A program made the position numbers and the translations under genes. This document shows positions 42,304 to 51,781 of a DNA stretch of 64,000 nucleotides, piece after piece. The notes under the pieces are model-generated. The model had not been told where the DNA came from, searched no databases, and worked only from the letters and a program-made list of their open reading frames with translations. Source of the DNA: an uncultured bacterium. GTDB taxonomy: Bacteria > Patescibacteriota > Minisyncoccia > Phycocordibacterales > GWA1-40-21. The stretch lies in NCBI GenBank assembly GCA_963840885.1, contig CAWJAN010000006.1, forward strand, positions 116,530-180,529, read 5' to 3'. Within the stretch, counting starts at the first letter, position 1; every line of letters starts with the position of its first letter.

Positions 42304-42331
42304 ATATTATCAGATTGTCTTTTCTTGTCAA
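42304..42331 (-). promoter_or_regulatory. nusA promoter
   Basis: Minus strand TTGACA-16-TGaTAATAT. Confidence 0.6.
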
Positions 42332-42388
42332 TATTACTATAATATAGGCAGTCATCGGCAATTTTTTATTTAAATTATTTTTTATAGC

Positions 42389-45300
42389 ATGAAAAAAATC
42401 CTATCTATTTTTTTGGGCACGCTCTCGTTCTTCTCTTTGCTTGTCCCGGCATACGGACAGTCCGCCCCATCGTCTCCACCAACCAAATCTCCGGCAAAAT
42501 ATTCGCCATCGACTTCCACCATTAATATTCCAGCGCCTCTTTCCGATATTTCCATAAGTAATGTAAAGATAGTGTCCCAAAACGACAGGAACATATCATT
42601 GTCTTTCGATATATCTAACAATACTTTGTCCGTGCAACCGGGAATCAAATACGCGGTCCATCTTCTAAGCCTGGTTTCTTCAACATCAACGCAGATTTCA
42701 GATGAAAAAGTCTACAGTGATTCGTTTACCTTGGATAAGAATTCCACCTTGAGCAAGACGGTTAATTATACTATCCCTGATGCTCTGTCGGCCGGAACTT
42801 ATGAATTTTTTATTGAAGCGGGAATCAATACCGGTTTAACTCTGGCTTCCGCCTATTCGGACATCATAAGTGTTTCGCCGGGATCATCTGGCGTGCTGGA
42901 AATCGTTCCTGGCTCCTGCAATATTTCCGTGGAAGGGACCACAAGAAAAAGCGGGCCTTTGTTTGCCGCCATGTCTGATAGCATAACGGAAAAATGCCAG
43001 GTTATGAGTTCATATCCAGATGGCACGGAATTTTATCCTAAATTTGAAACAAGGTTACACAATCTTTTCGGCGATTTTGCATCTACTACCGGCGGCTCTT
43101 CAGATCCGATATCTCTTAAAAACGGATTAAACGATATAACACTTTCTTTACCAAAAGGAACCGTGCCTAATGATTATTATGTCACTCTTAACCTTCAATC
43201 ATCGGATGGAAAAATAATCTCAAATTCCGATTCCTACACATATTTTTTGGAAGGATTGACCGGCCAGATAGAGAGCGCAGTTTTCAATGAGCCCGAGTAT
43301 AAATCAGGAGATGAGGCCGGTATTTTGGTAAATACCCTTGTTTATGATCTAGGATCATCTTCAAATGCGAGCGGAACGCTTGCCGTTTCAGTCAGTGATG
43401 GATCAGGAAATTTGTGCGGCACGACATCGGACCAGGAAGTTTCATTGTCCGTTCCGACTTCTGTTTTTTCCGTAAACATGGAAAGAGACTGCACAAATCC
43501 TTCGGCTCATATAGTGCTTTCCGCAAAGGATGAAAACGGAAATGAAGTGGTTCTTGATACTAAAGACTTCAATGTCATAACCCCGGCAAAATACATGGCA
43601 AATTACATCTGGTTATTGTTAGTCTTGTTGGCCATAGTAGCGCTTCTTATAATATTTTTCGTCTGGAGATCTCATAAAAATAAAATAATATCAGTTCCGC
43701 AATTGATGCTTGTGGCGGCAATACTGACCATTTCATTTTTTGGTTCAGCACACCATGCTTCCGCAATAAGCTGCTACCCTAATCCGGTAGATTCAACTGC
43801 AGGAAGCAATAGCGGAGGAAGCGGATATATTTTTTGCGAAAGTACCGAAGATCCCATCGGCATGGCTGATGCCAGCGGCAACGGCGCGGGACAGTATTTC
43901 AATTGGTCCGGGCGCAGCGTGTCTTATTACGGATTCGGAGGCGGATTTGTCACCTGGCCGAACAGAAATTTAAACGGCAATCTTTACCTTATTTGTGATG
44001 GAGGCGGAAAAAATTGTTTCAAAGAAACATACCTTGGAGGATATGGAGCTTTTGCAACTCAGGTATATATAACGGGAAATTCCACTCCGGATTACAATAC
44101 TCCGGCAAGCATTTCTTGGAATTCAAGAGGCGCTGGCTGGTGCGATATATGGCAGGACGGAGCCATGATTCATCAGAATGCAGGCACTTGGGGAACTGTT
44201 TCCACAAATCCGGTAATACAAAATTCAACGATCACTGTTTACTGCGGAGGATGGCCGCAGACAGGGCAAGCCAGCGTAACAGTCAGTCCCAAAGCTCTTC
44301 CGACAGCCACAATAAACGCTTCATCCACCCTTCTTGTTTATGGAACTCCCACTAATGTTTCCTGGACTTCGACTAGTGCCAATTCTTGCGTAATAACTGA
44401 TTCGGGTTTTGCCACCGGAATTACGGTCAATGGACAAAATACGTATGGAACCGGCGGGCAAGGCACGTCTGTAAGCGCAGGCAATAATATTCTTGCATGG
44501 TTTGGCACCGGATCAAATATTGTCTATCCAGGATACTCGGTAACCACTGATTACAATACCATGTCATATCTATCCCAATTCAGCCTGAGCAATATAAGTT
44601 CATATTCTTCCATCCCACAGGGAATATATATAGATTCTTCAAACAACAGCTATATTGCAGCCGGAGCCACTGTAGGCAAATATAATTCATCCGGAGCTTA
44701 TCAGTTTTCATTTCAAAACATTCCTTCTCAAGGCGGCGGAGGATACGGAGGAGGGGGCGGAGGCGGCACAAATACAAGTCCAACCTTTTATGACATAACC
44801 AAAGACAGTTCCGGAAATTTTTATGTTTCGGACCAGGCAAATTCTCAGATAGTGAAATTTGATCCTTCAGGAAATTATATCTCATTATTCGGAACATACG
44901 GATCAAGCACAGGAGAATTTATTAATCCTTCGGGACTAGCCTTTGATTCATCGGGAAATCTTTATGTGGCCGATACAGGAAACAACAGAGTTGAAAAATT
45001 CAACCTCAATAAACTTGGAGGATTCGGATATTTGAATGAATTCGGCTCCCAAGGCACCAGTAACGGAAAATTCAGCAACCTAACCTCAAGCGTCATGGCA
45101 ATAGACTCGAGCGGAAATGTCTACGTTACCGATCCGCAGAATTACCGCGTAGAGAAATTCGATCCGCTAGGACACTATTTATTATCATTCGGCTCCCAAG
45201 GCACCAGTAACGGAAAATTCAGCAACCTAACCTCAAGCGTCATGGCAATAGACTCGAGCGGAAATGTCTACGTTACCGATCCGCAGAATTACCGCGTAGA

Positions 45301-47539
45301 GAAATTCGATCCGCTAGGACACTATTTATTATCATTCGGCTCCCAAGGCACCAGTAACGGAAAATTCAGCAACCTAACCTCAAGCGTCATGGCAATAGAC
45401 TCGAGCGGAAATGTCTACGTTACCGATCCGCAGAATTACCGCGTAGAGAAATTCGATCCGCTAGGACACTATTTATTATCATTCGGCTCCCAAGGCACCA
45501 GTAACGGAAAATTCAGCAACCTAACCTCAAGCGTCATGGCAATAGACTCGAGCGGAAATGTCTACGTTACCGATCCGCAGAATTACCGCGTAGAGAAATT
45601 CGATCCATTTGGAAATTATCTGCTCAAATTCGGCTCTTCAGGCTCCGGCAACGGCCAGTTTTCAAATCTGACCTCAAACGTCATGGCAATAGACTCGAGC
45701 GGAAATGTCTACGTTACCGATCCGCAGAATTACCGCGTGGAGAAATTCAGTTCTTCGGGAGCTTATCTTGCTTCTTTCGGTTCAAGCGGCTCCGGCAACG
45801 GCCAGTTCTCAAATATGTCCAATGTTTCCATGGCTATCGATTCATATAATTACATATATATTACCGATCCGCAGAATTACCGAGTCGAAGTGTTCGATTC
45901 AAACGGAAATTATTTTTCCCAATTCGGCTCTTCAGGAACAGGCAACGGCCAGTTCTCCAATATGTCCAATGTTTTCATGGTTGAAGATCCATCCGCAACT
46001 GGTTCTTCATATACGAATGGAGCGGTTTATATCACCGATCCGCAGAATTACCGCGTAGAGAAATTCGGTCCAAACGGACCGGGATTCGTTTCTCAGCTTG
46101 GCGGCTCTGTTACCACCTGTTCTTTTAAAATAGGCAATACCTGCAAAAGCTATACTACAACAAGCATTTTTAATAGGCCAAGAAATCTTGCCATCGATTC
46201 TTCAGGAAATATTTATGTTGCGGACAATGCAGGGTTGCAGAAATTCGATTCTTCATACAATAAGCTTCCATTCAGCTACAGCCAAACAGGACTTAAGGGC
46301 ATAAGCCTTGATTCATCCGGCAATGTATATGTTTCAAACACCACGAATGATAATATATTGAAGATAAATTCCGCAGGCACTCTTATAGGACAAGGCGGCT
46401 CAGGCGGTTCAGGAAACGGGCAATTCAACAATCCTATAGGAATTAAATTGGATTCCTCAGGAAATATTGATGTGGTCGATTCCAACAATAATCGGGTTGA
46501 AAAATTTGTTCCATATACGGTAAACACCACTTATTATGCAAACGGCTCGACATCAACCGGACCGGTTGATCACGATACTACATTCAACCTTTCTTGCATC
46601 GGCAATGGCGGAGGATCTATCGCTACTTCAAGCGTAATAGTTCACGTCCAGCCCGGCGTAAGATTGACCGCACCATATCAGGTAAATCAAGGAGATGATG
46701 TCCATCTTTCATGGGATTCCCAGGGAGTAAGTTCTTGTTTTGCTTCCGGAGACTGGTCAGGCGATAATGCCACCACTGGAAGCGTTCCTACAACTAGCGC
46801 GGATTATGCAGTGCCGACAAGCAAGACATATTATTATCCTATGAATTTCTACATAACCTGTTTCAGCCCTTCCGGAGTCATCACAGGAGCTTCGGCGCAT
46901 ACCGACATGATTTCTGAATGCCCTAATAATCTTATAAAGGCCAGCGCTCCAGTGATATCAAGCTGCACTGCCGCATCGGTCAATCTGAGCTGGGCCGCAG
47001 TTTCTGATTCAAACGACATAATGTACTTCAATATTTACGGCGATGATCCGACGAATTTTCTGGCCAGCACTTCGGCGCAAACTTATACCGTGAAGAATAT
47101 CCCCGTTACCGATAGCAGCTCGACACATACATTTTATGTCGAGGCTGTAAGCGGTGATTCAGATATTATAGCGACAAGCACCGCAAGCGTGCAGGTAGTC
47201 ATTCCGCCTCAAGATCCTTCTTGTCTGCCGCCATCTTCATCGTCAACTCTTTCTTGCAGCGCAATGCAAAACGGCATTGCCACAAGCACGGTATATCTTA
47301 ATAAAACCATGAGCTGGCAGGCCAATATCAGCACTTCTACGGACAAAATAGTCTGGTTCGGAACTAATATATCGTCATCCGGCGACACCACTGTGGGCAC
47401 GACATACAGTAAGATTTATACGACCATAGGAAACAAGGAAGTAAGGGCTTATGCGTATAAAGGAGGTAAGGTAATAGCTTCATGCGCCACAAGCACAATC
47501 AATGTAGTATCTGCGGGAGGAGGCGGAGGAGAAATTTAA
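42389..47539 (+). CDS. Giant (1716 aa) surface protein: exported N-module, TM + internal signal-peptide-like segment, Ig-like repeats, NHL beta-propeller repeats, FN3-like C-domain
   Basis: Signal peptide (AYG|Q); TM aa 406-426; second hydrophobic segment ending HHASA at aa 459; many NHL motifs (AIDSSGNVYVTD..N.RVEKF). Confidence 0.8.
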   Translation: MKKILSIFLGTLSFFSLLVPAYGQSAPSSPPTKSPAKYSPSTSTINIPAPLSDISISNVKIVSQNDRNISLSFDISNNTLSVQPGIKYAVHLLSLVSSTSTQISDEKVYSDSFTLDKNSTLSKTVNYTIPDALSAGTYEFFIEAGINTGLTLASAYSDIISVSPGSSGVLEIVPGSCNISVEGTTRKSGPLFAAMSDSITEKCQVMSSYPDGTEFYPKFETRLHNLFGDFASTTGGSSDPISLKNGLNDITLSLPKGTVPNDYYVTLNLQSSDGKIISNSDSYTYFLEGLTGQIESAVFNEPEYKSGDEAGILVNTLVYDLGSSSNASGTLAVSVSDGSGNLCGTTSDQEVSLSVPTSVFSVNMERDCTNPSAHIVLSAKDENGNEVVLDTKDFNVITPAKYMANYIWLLLVLLAIVALLIIFFVWRSHKNKIISVPQLMLVAAILTISFFGSAHHASAISCYPNPVDSTAGSNSGGSGYIFCESTEDPIGMADASGNGAGQYFNWSGRSVSYYGFGGGFVTWPNRNLNGNLYLICDGGGKNCFKETYLGGYGAFATQVYITGNSTPDYNTPASISWNSRGAGWCDIWQDGAMIHQNAGTWGTVSTNPVIQNSTITVYCGGWPQTGQASVTVSPKALPTATINASSTLLVYGTPTNVSWTSTSANSCVITDSGFATGITVNGQNTYGTGGQGTSVSAGNNILAWFGTGSNIVYPGYSVTTDYNTMSYLSQFSLSNISSYSSIPQGIYIDSSNNSYIAAGATVGKYNSSGAYQFSFQNIPSQGGGGYGGGGGGGTNTSPTFYDITKDSSGNFYVSDQANSQIVKFDPSGNYISLFGTYGSSTGEFINPSGLAFDSSGNLYVADTGNNRVEKFNLNKLGGFGYLNEFGSQGTSNGKFSNLTSSVMAIDSSGNVYVTDPQNYRVEKFDPLGHYLLSFGSQGTSNGKFSNLTSSVMAIDSSGNVYVTDPQNYRVEKFDPLGHYLLSFGSQGTSNGKFSNLTSSVMAIDSSGNVYVTDPQNYRVEKFDPLGHYLLSFGSQGTSNGKFSNLTSSVMAIDSSGNVYVTDPQNYRVEKFDPFGNYLLKFGSSGSGNGQFSNLTSNVMAIDSSGNVYVTDPQNYRVEKFSSSGAYLASFGSSGSGNGQFSNMSNVSMAIDSYNYIYITDPQNYRVEVFDSNGNYFSQFGSSGTGNGQFSNMSNVFMVEDPSATGSSYTNGAVYITDPQNYRVEKFGPNGPGFVSQLGGSVTTCSFKIGNTCKSYTTTSIFNRPRNLAIDSSGNIYVADNAGLQKFDSSYNKLPFSYSQTGLKGISLDSSGNVYVSNTTNDNILKINSAGTLIGQGGSGGSGNGQFNNPIGIKLDSSGNIDVVDSNNNRVEKFVPYTVNTTYYANGSTSTGPVDHDTTFNLSCIGNGGGSIATSSVIVHVQPGVRLTAPYQVNQGDDVHLSWDSQGVSSCFASGDWSGDNATTGSVPTTSADYAVPTSKTYYYPMNFYITCFSPSGVITGASAHTDMISECPNNLIKASAPVISSCTAASVNLSWAAVSDSNDIMYFNIYGDDPTNFLASTSAQTYTVKNIPVTDSSSTHTFYVEAVSGDSDIIATSTASVQVVIPPQDPSCLPPSSSSTLSCSAMQNGIATSTVYLNKTMSWQANISTSTDKIVWFGTNISSSGDTTVGTTYSKIYTTIGNKEVRAYAYKGGKVIASCATSTINVVSAGGGGGEI
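45041..45606 (+). repeat. 147-bp perfect tandem repeat (3.85 identical copies, one NHL blade each), followed by diverged copies to ~46070
   Basis: Units start at 45041, 45188, 45335, 45482; each encodes FGSQGTSNGKFSNLTSSVMAIDSSGNVYVTDPQNYRVEKFDPLGHYLLS. Confidence 0.95.
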
Positions 47540-47567
47540 TTTAAAAAACTAATCCATTAACAATAAT

Positions 47568-48632
47568 ATGAAAAATAATTTTTTTAAAAATTTCATCCTC
47601 GCGGTTTCATCAGTAGCTCTTACAGTATTTGGATTTGCAGGAACATCGTTTGCCCATTCATGCAGCCCGTCTCCATCCGGAAACGGTTCGGGATGCTATA
47701 CATATTGCGCTGACGGAGGAAATCAGCCGGTTGTCAGAAATAGCGCTGCCAATACCGTATCTACAGCAAGCTTCAGGGATGGATCTGGCAATTGGGCTGT
47801 AGCTCCTCAAAACGGACTTAGCCAAGGCGTCTATTATATAGGGGATTCCGGCAGTACCGGCGGAAGTCATATATTTGGCGGAGGTTACGGCTGCTATTCG
47901 CCATCGATTTCTTTAAATCTTTCAAACAACAATCCATCATATAATACTCCGGTGACAGTTTCATGGAGTTCACAAGGAGTTTCTTCTTGCACGGTTAATG
48001 GAGGCGGAAATAGCTGGTCTGGAACTTCCGGCAGCCAGTCATCAGGAAATCTTACCCAGACGACGACATTCACTCTTTCATGTTCTGGTTCTGCTGGTTC
48101 ACCATCGCAATCTCAAACCGCCACAATTTCTTCTCCTCCGATGGTGTCGCTTTCAGCTTCGCCGTCGCTTATAAACTTAGGCGACAGCTCCACTCTTTCT
48201 TGGACAATAAGTGGCGCCACATCTTGCACACAATCCAGCACTCTTGGAAACTGGACTCTTTCATCACCTTCAAGCGGATCGATGACACTAAACAATATAC
48301 AAAGCGCCCAGTCATTTTCTCTCACTTGCACTAATAGCAATGGAAATTCTTCAGCATCGGCGTCGATAAACGTTAAGACAAATCTGTATGCGAATCCTTA
48401 CAGGCTTACTTATGGCGGTTCAACATTCCTTAATTGGATATCTGCCTTTGGAAATACCTGCACCGTTTCCGGCGGCGGTTTGAATATAACAGCTTCATCA
48501 ACAGGTAGCTATTTCAAGTACAATCTGACAAGAAATACCAAATTCAGCATCTCATGCACCGACACAAACGGTTTCAATAGCACATCTTTCATGAATGTCG
48601 GCATAACGCCAAGATTTTCCTGCCAATCATAG
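47568..48632 (+). CDS. Secreted Ser/Gly-rich protein with three Ig-like (xLxW...SC...FTLxC) repeats; paralog of the second half of the upstream giant protein
   Basis: Signal peptide (SFA|H); repeats VSWSSQGVSSC, LSWTISGATSC, LNWISAFGNTC. Confidence 0.75.
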   Translation: MKNNFFKNFILAVSSVALTVFGFAGTSFAHSCSPSPSGNGSGCYTYCADGGNQPVVRNSAANTVSTASFRDGSGNWAVAPQNGLSQGVYYIGDSGSTGGSHIFGGGYGCYSPSISLNLSNNNPSYNTPVTVSWSSQGVSSCTVNGGGNSWSGTSGSQSSGNLTQTTTFTLSCSGSAGSPSQSQTATISSPPMVSLSASPSLINLGDSSTLSWTISGATSCTQSSTLGNWTLSSPSSGSMTLNNIQSAQSFSLTCTNSNGNSSASASINVKTNLYANPYRLTYGGSTFLNWISAFGNTCTVSGGGLNITASSTGSYFKYNLTRNTKFSISCTDTNGFNSTSFMNVGITPRFSCQS

Positions 48633-48643
48633 GGTAAAACATA

Positions 48644-48684
48644 AAAAGCCGGCCGCGCGGGAAGCGCAGGCCGGCTTTTATTTT
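48644..48684 (+). terminator. Intrinsic terminator
   Basis: aaaagccggcc-gcgc-gggaa-gcgc-a-ggccggcttttatttt. Confidence 0.75.
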
Positions 48685-48726
48685 GAGTTTTCGGCTGGTA
48701 TAATTACCTACAGTTTATTTAATCGT

Positions 48727-50484
48727 ATGCTTCTTGATAAAAAACAACTCAAAGATTTTCTCATAGATTCAGGCCTCGTTACGAGGTCTGAATATGATGA
48801 GATTGAAAGGGATATAAAAACAGGCAAAACAAAGGATTCTCCGGAGAATGTTTTTGTGTCTCAGGGAAAAATTTCTGAAGATGACCTTCGAAGGGCCAAG
48901 GCTTACATTCTGGGAATCCCCTTTATAGATTTAAAGATGCAGAAAATAGATCCGGAAATACTCTCTTTGATTCCGGAACCAATAGCGAGAAAAAATAACA
49001 TAGTGGCTTTCAGGAAAAATCCGGACTCTCTGGAAGTAGCCATGCTAGATACCCAGGATCTCTCATCGATAGAATTCATAAAGAAGAAAGTCGGATTGAA
49101 AATTCTTCCGCGCCTTACCGATGTCGAATCGATAAAAAGCGCTTTATTGCAGTATCAAAAAAGCTTGAAGGCAGAATTCGGAGATATTATCAAGGAGGAC
49201 GTCATGGCTCTTAAAAACTCCCCGCTAAATGAAGGCGAGACCAGCAATAATACCGATTTGAAAAAGATGGCCGAGGATTTGCCGGTAGTCCGCATCGTAG
49301 AGACATTGCTCAAGCATGCCGTTTTGCAAAATGCTTCCGATATACATATCGAACCTCTGGAGAAAGATCTTCTAGTAAGATACAGGATAGACGGCATATT
49401 GCATGACGCAATGATTTTGCCGAAAAATGCCGCACCATCCATAGTCGCCAGGATAAAAATATTATCCAATCTTAAATTAGACGAGAAACGCCTTCCGCAA
49501 GACGGAAGATTCAGCATAGACCTGAATGGAGAAAAGATTTCTTTCAGGGTTTCAACTATTCCGACTTATTTCGGTGAAAAAACAGTTTTAAGGGTCCTTA
49601 AGGATAATGTCGGCGCCTTTACGCTTGAGTCTATGGGATTTCACGGCGTCAGCCTTGAAAGAATCCACGAAGCCCTGAGAAAGCCAAATGGAATGATTTT
49701 GACGACAGGCCCGACAGGAAGCGGAAAGACAACGACTCTTTATGCGATGATAGAAATTCTGAATACTCCTGGAGTGAATATTTCAACCATTGAAGATCCT
49801 ATAGAGTATCAGATGCAGAGAGTGAATCAGACACAGGTCAAACCGGAAATAGGATTTACATTTGCGAACGGCTTAAGGTCGCTTGTCAGGCAGGATCCGG
49901 ACATTATAATGGTCGGAGAAATAAGAGACAATGAAACCGCTTCTCTTGCCGTTAATGCCGCGCTTACAGGACACCTTGTCCTTTCGACTCTGCATACAAA
50001 TTCTGCAGCCGGCGCGGTGCCCAGGCTTATTGATATGAAGATAGAGCCGTTTCTTCTGGTTTCGACCATAAATGTAGTGATGGCTCAAAGGCTGATAAGG
50101 AAACTTACAAGGGAAAAAGAGAAATATTATCTTTCCAAATCAGAACTCGCTTCGCTGTCGAAAATAGTCGACATGGACAAAGTTTTGGAAACTTTGAAAT
50201 CTGAAAACATAATAAGCAAGGATGATTCCTGGGAAAAAATCCCATTTTATAAGACGAAGCCTTCCGAAGAGTCGAAAGACGGATATATCGGAAGAATAGG
50301 GATACACGAGGTTTTGAAAATAAGCCCGGCAATCAAGGATCTTATAATATCTGGCGGAGAATCAGATAAAATAAACGAGCAGGCGAAGAAGGAAGGAATG
50401 CTCGGAATGCTCGAAGACGGCATATTTAAGTGTGTTACAGGGATGACGACCGTTGAAGAAGTGCTGAGAGTCGTCAGCGAATAA
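48727..50484 (+). CDS. pilB: Type IV pilus assembly ATPase PilB/GspE
   Basis: ASDIHIEP, RLPQDGRF, TGPTGSGKTTTLY, VRQDPDIIMVGEIRD, STLHTN; no tetracysteine motif. Confidence 0.9.
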   Translation: MLLDKKQLKDFLIDSGLVTRSEYDEIERDIKTGKTKDSPENVFVSQGKISEDDLRRAKAYILGIPFIDLKMQKIDPEILSLIPEPIARKNNIVAFRKNPDSLEVAMLDTQDLSSIEFIKKKVGLKILPRLTDVESIKSALLQYQKSLKAEFGDIIKEDVMALKNSPLNEGETSNNTDLKKMAEDLPVVRIVETLLKHAVLQNASDIHIEPLEKDLLVRYRIDGILHDAMILPKNAAPSIVARIKILSNLKLDEKRLPQDGRFSIDLNGEKISFRVSTIPTYFGEKTVLRVLKDNVGAFTLESMGFHGVSLERIHEALRKPNGMILTTGPTGSGKTTTLYAMIEILNTPGVNISTIEDPIEYQMQRVNQTQVKPEIGFTFANGLRSLVRQDPDIIMVGEIRDNETASLAVNAALTGHLVLSTLHTNSAAGAVPRLIDMKIEPFLLVSTINVVMAQRLIRKLTREKEKYYLSKSELASLSKIVDMDKVLETLKSENIISKDDSWEKIPFYKTKPSEESKDGYIGRIGIHEVLKISPAIKDLIISGGESDKINEQAKKEGMLGMLEDGIFKCVTGMTTVEEVLRVVSE

Positions 50485-50519
50485 TCATATCAATAAATAT
50501 ATTAAAATTTATAATCCTG

Positions 50520-51734
50520 ATGAAATTCTCATTTAATGCCGTAAATCAAAAAGGCGAAAGATATAAGGGTGTAAGGGATTCCACGAATAAATTCACCCTT
50601 TATGATGAGCTAAAATCGGAAGGCGATAATTTGATATCGGCTGTAAGCATTGATGCAAAACAACCATGGTATCTTTCAGCCATCTCTTTTTTTTCAAAAG
50701 TTCCTGAAATACAGAAAATAATTTTTGCAAAAAATCTAGGCGCCATGATAGAAGCCGGCCTTCCAATATCAAAAAGCCTCGATGTCATAAACAGGCAGCT
50801 TAAGAATAAATATTTTAAAGGCGCCGTTTCTTCGATTGAAGAAGAAATGAGAGGAGGAAAAACTTTAAGCGAATCACTCTCGATGTACGGCAATATTTTT
50901 TCAAATCTTTTTACTTCCATGGTCAAGGCCGGGGAGGAGTCCGGCAAGCTGTCTGATTCCCTGAAGATCATAGGAACACAGATGGAGCAAAGCTATAATT
51001 TGAAAAGGAAAATAAAGGGAGCGATGATTTATCCGGCAATAATCCTATCTCTTACGGTTATAATAGGTGTTCTTATGATGATTTTTGTCATTCCGTCCAT
51101 AACAGCCACGTTTACGGACCTGAATGTTGAGCTTCCTCTTGCCACTAAAATACTAATATATACCAGTAATCTATTTAAAAACGACATATTCATAATATTG
51201 CTCGCAGCAGCAGTTCTGTTTGCGGCATCTTATTTTTTTGCAAAATCAAAAATCGGAAAAAACTTTTTTGATTTTTTGTTTCTTAAAACGCCGATCGTAG
51301 GCGAATTGATAAAAGAGACGAATGCCGCGAGGCTTTCAAGGACGCTGTCATCGCTTCTCAGTTCCGGAGTTCCTTATGCAGAATCTATAAAAATAACCGA
51401 GAATATAATAGAAAATCATTATTTCAAGAATCTTTTGAAGGAATCAAGGGCAAAAGTTGAAAAAGGAGAAACTGTATCAAGCGTTTTTTTGAGTAATGAA
51501 AAATTAACCCCTCCTTTTATCGGTGAAATGATTGCTGTAGGCGAAGAAACCGGGCGCTTGCCGTCTATGCTTCTTGAAGTAGCGGAGTATTATGAGCTTT
51601 CGGTCGAACAGAAAACCAAAGATATGTCCACAATAATTGAGCCTTTTCTTATGATAATAATCGGTGTCGCCGTTGGATTCTTTGCCTTTTCCATAATAAA
51701 GCCGATCTATTCTTTGACTTCGGCAATAAATTAA
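50520..51734 (+). CDS. pilC: Type IV pilus platform protein PilC/GspF
   Basis: MVKAGEESGKL, KIKGAMIYP, MIAVGEETG.L, IIEP; three TMs. Confidence 0.92.
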   Translation: MKFSFNAVNQKGERYKGVRDSTNKFTLYDELKSEGDNLISAVSIDAKQPWYLSAISFFSKVPEIQKIIFAKNLGAMIEAGLPISKSLDVINRQLKNKYFKGAVSSIEEEMRGGKTLSESLSMYGNIFSNLFTSMVKAGEESGKLSDSLKIIGTQMEQSYNLKRKIKGAMIYPAIILSLTVIIGVLMMIFVIPSITATFTDLNVELPLATKILIYTSNLFKNDIFIILLAAAVLFAASYFFAKSKIGKNFFDFLFLKTPIVGELIKETNAARLSRTLSSLLSSGVPYAESIKITENIIENHYFKNLLKESRAKVEKGETVSSVFLSNEKLTPPFIGEMIAVGEETGRLPSMLLEVAEYYELSVEQKTKDMSTIIEPFLMIIIGVAVGFFAFSIIKPIYSLTSAIN

Positions 51735-51781
51735 AAATTTTCATCATAAGTTGCGGTTCGAATGATATATCAGTATAAATA

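Noticed and set aside
45041-45606. CRISPR array
   Set aside because: Contiguous 147-bp in-frame coding repeats with no spacers and no cas genes.
51750-51770. tRNA-like GGTTCGAAT motif
   Set aside because: No cloverleaf or acceptor stem around it.
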